A DNA stretch of 63,112 nucleotides, counting the filler, from Folioceros fuciformis (taxonomy: Eukaryota): assembly GCA_049999805.1 (NCBI GenBank). It is 8 parts of 8 records of this genome, joined end to end, with 100 filler letters (N's around TTAATTAATTAA, not from the genome) between each part and the next. Parts side by side here need not be neighbours in the genome. Positions count along the whole stretch, not along the records: positions 47,276 to 60,337 come from JBNGIO010003517.1; positions 60,438 to 63,112 come from JBNGIO010003522.1; 6 more parts are not named here. The stretch is one strand, 5' to 3'. The notes beneath the pieces were generated by a model. The model was not told the DNA's origin. It did not search any database and was given only the letters and a program-made list of their open reading frames with translations. The translations under genes and the position numbers were made by a program. Shown here piece by piece: positions 55,402 through 63,112 of the stretch (position 1 is the stretch's first letter; every line of letters begins with the position of its first letter).

Positions 55402-56682
55402 CTAGGCTACCCCAGGGCATTCAATAGTAAAGCACATTCGGGACAATTTTGTGTGTAGATAGCGACGCTGGATATCATAGCGTGGCATAAAACCTGACCT
55501 GGGAACTTGACGTTTTTCGGGCGTAAGTCGACATCTCTTCTCCACGCTGTCAATGACTGCCTTGCCACCAAGATGTAATGCCCAATTGATGGCATCAAAG
55601 TCCAGGCCAGTGCCCTTCAGGATCTCCTGAACGAAGTCGGAAAAATTTTGCCCCATGTATTCCGGAACGCTTTTGGAGAGCCCTGGTTGCACCCCGCTCT
55701 GGGAAATGCCCAGTGTTATTCCAGACTCCGTGTGTGGGATGAACCTTGTGTCGAAGCCATGGAGCTCGTAGAAGGATTTCCAGCCTCAGAGGGCCTCGCC
55801 CCAATGACAACTGCTGCTGCTCGGAAAATATGGTCGCCGTAATAGTGTTGATGTTGATATCATTAGAGTCGGCGGGTTGTATCTGGAGAGAACAAACGGC
55901 ACGTGCGCATAAGCACGACGATAACTACCTGACAGGAGTTCAGCTCCAAGCCTACCAGCACGACACGGTTGGATGCATCTGCCAAGGATATCTCTGCAGC
56001 AGTCCTGAGGGCCACAAGGCCCGCGTGGCATCCTAAGACCGAAACAGTGAAATTCTTCGTCGTTCTGGGGAGCTTGAGCCCTTCGATGAGTTGAAGATCT
56101 AACGGGAGACAGCATCCCACTCGAGGAAGCCGCGATGAGATGGGTGATGGCAGAAGGCTCCACACCCGACTCTTGAATTGCCCTGTCCGCAGCCTCCTTT
56201 CCAAGTCGCACTGCCTCGCGCTCAAAACCTGCAAGCCAGTCATCCAGAGATGGGGCCCCGAATGTTGTGATATTTTGCCTCTGCTCCTCGCGTTCAAGGT
56301 CGAATGTCACGAGCTTTCGGGTGATGCCAGCCGATTGACCATGATCTTACACAACCAAATGCACGGTCACGCTCAGTTTGGGCCAGTATCTGAGCAATTG
56401 TAGCTGAAACGTACAACTGGATTCAAATGCAGACGCCTGTATTGCTCCTTTGTCTTATTTCCAGTCTACCACCCTACATGCGCACCATGAAGTCGTGAAA
56501 ACGGAGATGCGGGTCTTACTCCTTCGTTCCACCGTTCTCGCAACATCTTTCGACAAAGGGCCCATTGCGGCGCTGTAGTTCCTAGCGAAATCTTTCATCC
56601 TTACAACATTCTTGGGGTTGCTAGTCCCGATCCCCAAGATGTACGCCCGGTCTGGGCCTGACTCTTTGGAAGCTGCCTCCAT
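55402..56682 (-). pseudogene. Type III polyketide synthase (chalcone-synthase superfamily) pseudogene
   Basis: AYILGIGTSNP, GAPSLD, LGKEAADRAIQE, ITHLIAASSSG, LGCHAGLVALRTA (catalytic Cys), INWALHLGGKAVID (catalytic His); intron near the usual CHS position; several frameshifts; no GNMSS motif. Confidence 0.85.
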
Positions 56683-58479
56683 TCTCGTTGACCTCCAATC
56701 TTTGTCGAGTACGCACGTGTTTTGGTGCTCTCTCTCCCTCACGAGCCGGCCTTGGAAAGTACTGTGGCGCTCGCTGGCCGGAGATATCGATCCTACCAGT
56801 TCTAAGCAGCCTTCAAATGAATGAGCTGCTGGTTTACTACTTGTCGCCATCTCCTGCCCAGCTCAAAAGTGTCTAATTACGTGTAGCCATTGGTAGACGA
56901 GATTGATATGGAGGCGTACTCCTCGCAGCCTGAATTGGATCCGCAGCTGCCATGCTCAACCAGCTGGCCCTTGCCTTTTGTGAACCTCTCACGGCACTTG
57001 CTGTAGCGAATGAGCTTGTTACAAAAGCATGTCCATCTCACTCCGAACTCTATTTTCCTTTGTCCAGATTGACAATTAAGTGTGCTGAGTGGTTTGTGCG
57101 TCATCGATAAAAAAAGCCTACTGTGAAAGTCCACTTCGGATGCGAGCACACAGCATTCCTCTCCATGCCATGCGGGCACCTGTTGCCATACGTTCGATGA
57201 GTTTCGGATTCGTAACGTCTTCTCCCTAAGCAGACAATCCCTCGTTAAGACAGACAATCTTACAGTCAGACAGCTGCAGCCCCCGAAACTAATGTGCAAC
57301 ACGCATCTCATTGCACACAACCCTGTATTAGATCCACAATACTCGAGAGCCGTCGAGGCCGATGAGTACGTGGATGGGTTCATCCTTTCAGTAAGGGAAA
57401 AGCCTAGCTCTACCTGGAATTTACAAGGCAGAGAGCTCCTGTGAGGTCTGTGCATGATATTACTCCTTGGTAGGGTAAAATAAAAAGCCCAACACACAAC
57501 TTCTCATCGTGGTCGACTTCCTTCGTTCTGCAAAGATTTAAAAGTATGTCCTAATGTTGGCGTTGGCTATTGAAAAAGTTGTGACTATGCATTTCTACTG
57601 CTCAAAAGACGGGCTTTGTCCAATGTCTTGATGCACTTTCCTGCTGCGATGCAGATCGTCACGCTGCTGGTGTGAAGGTTTGGGAATGTGGCTGTGGCAG
57701 GCGAACTCTCAAAGGGCACACTGTGACTTCGTCCCATGTCTCCATTGACAAACTGTGTGAAGAGGAGGATGTGCTGGACCTAGGAGGAGGAGGATATTTT
57801 GGTCAGGCGAAAGGTGTAAGCGGCGCTGCCAAGTCCCACGTGGACCAGTGCAGATACATACGTGTCAAGTTGATTGGGGAGGCTCACAGGTATTCGTTGT
57901 CAGGAATGCAGCTTTTACCACCATTGATTGTCAGGAATCCCCGACTGTGACCATGTTACAGGAGGATCGGTGAGGTACAATAGTAGGAGCAGGAGGAAAA
58001 GATGGAGTGGGTGGAGACTGACGCAGGCGAGACAGGGAAACAGGTCTGTTCAAGGTCAGTCTGTAGAGCACTGTTGGCCAGGACAAATTGCGCAGCACCT
58101 TTCAGTTGAAGCAAGTGTCATAAACTGCGGTGCATCTTTTGGGGAAGTGTCGGGCTACAAATTCCGCTTCAAATTAATCCTGGCGGATGGGGACCAGAAG
58201 AAGAGAGTCATAATGGTTGCTTTCTTTCCTTCTTGAAAATGTGCATGATGGGAAACCCGCACTCTCCAACTATTCATTGCCCCTGGCACACGAGATGCTA
58301 TGATATCCTTTTGCGACAATGCATTCCAATTCGTACAGCGCACTGACTTGAAAGTCTCTCACCAGCTCATACTGATCCTCTTTCCCAATAGGACGCATCG
58401 CATATCCTTCAAACTGTATCTATTACTGGGATCTCCCGTACCCACACACAGTGACGCACCAGCGACTTGTCGATTTCGC

Positions 58480-58960
58480 ACTGGCATTGGTAGGCCTAAC
58501 TATCCTTCGCTTACTCTCTTCTGCGTGCACGGAGGTTACTGTCTCTTGCCGCCTGGCGTGGTCTGACCCTCGTTCCCGGCTCGGCTGGACCTCATCCCGG
58601 TCTCGTTCATCAGTATAGTCAGCCCTTGGAACACGGCACTAGAGGGGCACGTAGCCCGGGCAGGATGACGACCCAAGACCTGCTTCGGTTTCTTGTGCGG
58701 AGAGAGGGATCTGACTTCTCCCACGAACTATACGGGCCCGCACAGTGTTTCGGAGATCGAAACGTTGAAGGGGCTAACCCCTCCTCTCCAGGAAAGCTGC
58801 TTTGCACAAAGTCATGGCTTTCCGTATGGAACAGAAGGAATCCAGAATTTTTCAAGCCGACATCATAACTGGGAGGAAGGGCCGTGATGACTTGGTGGAA
58901 GACCGCTCATCCATGGTATTGGCCAGGCCAGCGGTACCCTGTGTGGCGGCGTGCCTCATA
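58480..58960 (+). pseudogene. Possible decayed paralog of the Gnk2-like gene at 59703
   Basis: LYGPAQCFG...KLLCTK...NPEFFKP...NW...WYWPGQRY parallels FKGTAHCPG...KRLCLNC...NEFCKASNW...IFWPREMY; frameshifted. Confidence 0.4.
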
Positions 58961-59643
58961 TTCCAGCATCCCACATCCCAACCTGAAGTACTCCATCAAG
59001 GTTGGGTATCGGGTTCACTTGGGTTCTGCTTCCAAACCTCACTTGGGTTCGGGTTCCGGGCTGAGCCTCGGGGTGCGCCTTCCCATGTCGCAGAAGCATC
59101 TAGATTCAGTACATGTAGAACCCCAAGCTGGAGCATTAGCACTAAACATTAGGCATCCGTTTTAAGGAGAGATACATAAATCAGATCAAACTTGGGACAA
59201 GCAAACCTTTTATTTAACTACTATTTATATTAGACTATACTTATGATTCTCATCAAAGCCCTTGCTGCATGCCATAAGCTCATGCATACCTTCACTGATA
59301 TGATGTGGGATTCTAATTTTTGAGTTATAATCTACAAAGTTTATTATATGGAAATAAATAATTTATATGACTTGATAAATGTTTTAATAATAATTATAGG
59401 TTAAAGATATTGCAATTGAAGTCAACATATTGGATGATGACGCAGAATAAGAAAAATTAGGTATTTTTAAATTTTTTTTTTCATTCAATATTAAACTATA
59501 ATCTTTTCCGTGGACATAAATCTAAGATACACATCCCCATATATTTTATTTTACGATGTACATTACAAGTTAAGTATATTCTCAAATAGGTAGGACACAT
59601 AGAATGAGATATATTTTAATTTTCATATAAAAAGTTCAAATGT

Positions 59644-59670
59644 ATATATGTATATATATATATATATATA
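59644..59670. repeat. (TA)n microsatellite upstream of the secreted-protein gene
   Basis: atatatgtatatatatatatatatata. Confidence 0.9.
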
Positions 59671-59702
59671 ACCATATCATGTGTTACTTACTATGTTAGT
59701 AC

Positions 59703-60248
59703 ATGAACATTTTAGAAATGTCTAACATACCTCATTTGTTATTTATGATTTTTATAAGTTGTGCAAACCATTTTGGTCAAGGAGAAAGTATTTATGGGCC
59801 ATTTTCTCAGCCTGGATTCACATATTTTGCACACGAATGTGGTGATATTCAACTTTCGTTTGAAGAAATGCAGTCATTGACATATCAAACTGAAACACTT
59901 ACATTTGCTGGTGAGCTAGCTCACCCTAAACGTGCCGTTATTAACAAAAATAAATTCAAGGGTACTGCTCATTGTCCTGGTTTGACAATGGATAACATAA
60001 ACATCTATGGCACCCCAGTAGATCCAAACCTGACTCCGGATAAATGGATTAAAAGATTATGTTTAAACTGTCTACAATTTATAAGAAAGAAGCTGCACAA
60101 TGAATTTTGTAAGGCTTCAAATTGGGGTCGATATGCTTCAACTGAATGTGTTATGACATATTACTATTTTCCCTATGATGTAGAAGATGACTTTTGTCCA
60201 ATTTTTTGGCCACGTGAAATGTATCAAAACCCATCCTCTAGAAACTAA
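59703..60248 (+). CDS. Small secreted Cys-rich protein, divergent Gnk2/DUF26-like, 181 aa, intronless
   Basis: Signal-peptide-like N-terminus; FKGTAHC-X28-C-X2-C...EFC....GRYASTECVMTY resembles DUF26 YGLAQC..C..C...C....GR....C.LRY. Confidence 0.65.
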   Translation: MNILEMSNIPHLLFMIFISCANHFGQGESIYGPFSQPGFTYFAHECGDIQLSFEEMQSLTYQTETLTFAGELAHPKRAVINKNKFKGTAHCPGLTMDNINIYGTPVDPNLTPDKWIKRLCLNCLQFIRKKLHNEFCKASNWGRYASTECVMTYYYFPYDVEDDFCPIFWPREMYQNPSSRN

Positions 60249-60337
60249 TGATTAATTGTATGATGATATTGTTATTTTACATAGGGAAAACAAATTCCCT
60301 AAATTGTTTTAGAATTCCAACTCACTTCAATAACCTT

Positions 60338-60437
60338 NNNNNNNNNNNNNNNNNNNNNNNNNNNNNNNNNNNNNNNNNNNNTTAATTAATTAANNNNNNN
60401 NNNNNNNNNNNNNNNNNNNNNNNNNNNNNNNNNNNNN
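60338..60437. other. Artificial contig linker
   Basis: N44-TTAATTAATTAA-N44. Confidence 0.97.
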
Positions 60438-61126
60438 GCGCGGCAGTATGCGGCGGCTATGAAGGCGGGGAAGCTACTGCCGGACGACGTCATCTTCGAG
60501 CTTTTGCAGAAGCGGCTGGAGCATGGCATTTCCGTCGGGGAGACGGGCTTCATTCTGGATGGTTTCCCGCGCACCACCAAGCAGGCGGAGATTTTGAACC
60601 AGGTGACGGAGATCGACCTGGTGGTGAACCTGAAGCTGCGCGAGGACATCCTCATCCGGAAGTGCCTGGGCCGGCGGGTTTGCAGCCAGTGTAAGGGCAA
60701 CTNNNNNNNNNNNNNNNNNNNNNNNNNNNNNNNNNNNNNNNNNNNNNNNNNNNNNNNNNNNNNNNNNNNNNNNNNNNNNNNNNNNNNNNNNNNNNNNNNN
60801 NNAACATCGATGTGGATGGCCCCGACGGCACGTCCAGGATCGTCATGCCGCCACTCCTCCCGCCCGCCGGTTGCGAGGCCAAGCTGGTGATCCGCCCCGA
60901 CGACACGGAGGAGGTGGTGCGTGCCCGCCTCAGAGTCTACCACGCTGAGAGCAAGCCCGTGGAGGAGTTCTACCGCCGCCAGGGCAAGCTGCTCGACTTC
61001 GACATTGTTGGAGGCATACCGGAAACTTGGCCGCGTCTGTTGGCCGCTTTGAATGTCGATGCAGCCAAAGGCCGTGATCTGGTTGAATCCAGTAATAAGA
61101 GGTGCTCATTTTTTCCTGTCTCCTGA
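60438..61126 (+). CDS. ADK: Adenylate kinase (plant organellar type), 5'-truncated, internal N gap
   Basis: GKLLPDDVIF, GFILDGFPRT, KCLGRRVCSQC, MPPLLPP, RPDDTEEVVRARL, GGIPETWPRLLAALN. Confidence 0.93.
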
Positions 61127-61639
61127 TTAGTTGTAGCTGCTGAAAGGGAGTTTACCCACCAGCAGTGCAGTGATGCCTTCCAATCTCCTCTTGCTAGCTG
61201 AATCTGCTGTGGGAAGAGGGCTCCTAACCAGCAGTAATCGTCCGCCAGCTCCTATGAGCTCGAGCTGATGAAAGATAGGTATCAACCAGGAGCTGGGCAG
61301 TTGTATGTGTCAGCAAGCATATCGTTTATCGAAGATCTGAATTGAGGTGTCGTTGTACAACGTTTCGGACGAATCCAATGGGTAGGGGCCTTGGCGGACG
61401 TGGTGCATTTCGTCCTCTGTCGTGTCCTGACGTCGTTGCCGTGACAGTGTCATCGTGACAGGCAGTTAAACTGATCGAATGCCTTTGCGTTTCCTCCAGG
61501 CATGGTTGACGACAGTGTCAGGACGTCCATATAGTCAGTTGAGGAGCGCGGGTTTCCGACAGAGGGACATAAAGAACGCTATGTTTGACTCCGCTGATAC
61601 GTAAGGAAAAATATCTCACAGCCCACACTTGTCACGAGG

Positions 61640-63112
61640 TCAGGCGAGACAATTGTCGGAGATAGGGGGCCCGCATAGATGGTTTCCCGTGAAGCTGGAG
61701 GCCGGGAATTTGCTCCAGATAGGGGACTGAGGGATGGGCCCGCTCAAGTTGTTGTAGGAGAAGTCGACAAGACGCAGGAAGTTGAGCCGGGTGAGGTTGA
61801 ATGGAATTCTGCCCCTCAGATGGTTTATGGACAAGTCCAAAACCTGCAATGCGCTGGTTCTGGCCAGGGAGTCCGGGATGATGCCTTGTACTCGGTTTCC
61901 GGAGATGTTGAAGTAGCTGAGGTGCCGTAGGGAGCCAACGTTGGGGGAAATGTCGCCTGTGAAGAGGTTTCCTGTACAAGGAAGGAGCCTGTGGTGAGGG
62001 CTCGGTACAAGCGACGGTGGGTGGAAGCGGTGGATGTGGGGACGCGTACCTGAAAAATCGAGGGTGGGCTGTACGAGTACCAGTACCACGTTTTGGTACA
62101 GGTAGAGGGAGACAGCTCCAAGCCCAAATGACGAGCCTTGGTCCCGGGTAGCGTTCTGTAGAGCTGGGAAGGCGTTGAATCTGGCCAGCGGGAGCGGGCC
62201 TGCAAATTTGTTGTGGGACACGTCCAAGTACTCCAGAGCCCGCAAGGTGGCGATGAAGTCTGGGAAGATTCCGCCCAGGCGGTTGTGGCTGATGTCCAGG
62301 ACGCGGAGGGCCTGCATGGATACGCATGGGACTTTGATCGGAGTGAGCAGGAGGGTGAGCACTAGTGTGCTATGAAGCAGAGACGGTTGGTGGGTGATTG
62401 TACCTGCCATAATGCCAGCTCCCGTGGTATGGAGCCGGTGAGAGCATTCCACGACACGTCGTAGAACACGAGAGTTGTGCAATTCTTAACTCCGCCAGGA
62501 AAGGGATCTCCGGTGAGAAGGTTGTGCGCGAAGGACACAGCCCTCAGCCCGGAGCAGATTGGGCTGAAGTCTGGAATGGTCCCGCTCAGCTTGTTGCCTG
62601 TCAACAGTACCTGAGGAGTCATTCTGGCACTTGTGAGAAATTGTGTAGAGAGGATCACCGCGTGCCTAAAAGGTAGAAGCGGTGGGAGGATGTGTGTGCA
62701 CCTTTTGGATTCGTGAAGTGGCGAGCTGGGTAGGAATGGGCCCGATGAAGTTGTTGTACGAAAGGTCCAGGAACTCCAAGTCGAAGTCCACAATTGTTTC
62801 GTTCTCGCTGGCGAGGATGCGTCCGCCGAGAAAGTTGTGTGACAGCCTCAAGCCCTGTAAGACGTTGAAGATCCCAGGAGGCAATTGGCCTGAAAGGCGG
62901 TTTCTGGACAGATCCAGAATCTCCAGCCCAGACTCCTCTCCTGGGGCTGCACGCGTGGAATGCAAGTCAGGAGTAGTAACAGGTAATGCCGCCAGAGCAG
63001 ACGCTTGGGTGGGTTGGTTCAGGAGCCTTACCTGAAAGGGTGCCCCCGATGTTTGGAGGAATGGGGCCGTCAAACTGGTTGTTGCTAAAGTCCAGCAGCG
63101 CGACTCCCAGAA
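61640..63112 (-). CDS. Extracellular plant-specific LRR protein (3' part, multi-exon) ending without a TM or kinase domain
   Basis: Repeated LxxLDLSxNxLxGxIP units in segments ~63032-63112, 62690-62940, 62400-62610, 62140-62312 and 61640-61971; ends in the LRR C-cap SSFTGNHLCGPPISDNCLA*. Confidence 0.85.

Noticed and set aside
57740-57820. Kinase-like glycine loop LGGGGYFGQAKG
   Set aside because: No downstream VAVK, HRD or DFG motifs found; too little evidence to call

Overview
Eukaryotic nuclear DNA from a compact, gene-dense land-plant genome with ~80-120 nt introns and a PLS-PPR remnant; a non-seed plant such as a hornwort or lycophyte is my inference, not a proven assignment. The window is not contiguous: eight contigs are joined by artificial 100-nt N44-TTAATTAATTAA-N44 linkers, so nothing can be inferred across them. 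Contig 1: PRP8. Contig 2: a large disordered SGEL-repeat/DUF688-motif protein, NFD6-like, an unknown multi-exon gene, DPM2 and TFIIIA. Contig 3: an AT-rich island with two divergent Gnk2/DUF26-like secreted proteins. Contig 4: katanin p60, a KONJAC/GMPPA-type GDP-mannose pyrophosphorylase, NEMP/PNET2, an O-fucosyltransferase, a three-copy orphan family, LIL3, and a tandem duplication with an internal inversion. Contig 5: a decayed, intron-containing IS3EU-like DDE transposase. Contig 6: a LINE fragment. Contig 7: a copia remnant, PPR and type III PKS pseudogenes, a secreted LamG-like protein with an inverted pseudogene, and another Gnk2-like gene. Contig 8: adenylate kinase and a secreted LRR protein. 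Best candidate for a new system: the TFIIIA gene has no room for the known 5S-mimic (P5SM) poison exon at its usual position. Instead a structured 5S rRNA-like element lies inside a predicted terminal intron, where skipping gives a normal stop and inclusion gives a stop upstream of a splice junction (NMD-type). All alignments and folds were done by eye against remembered consensus sequences.
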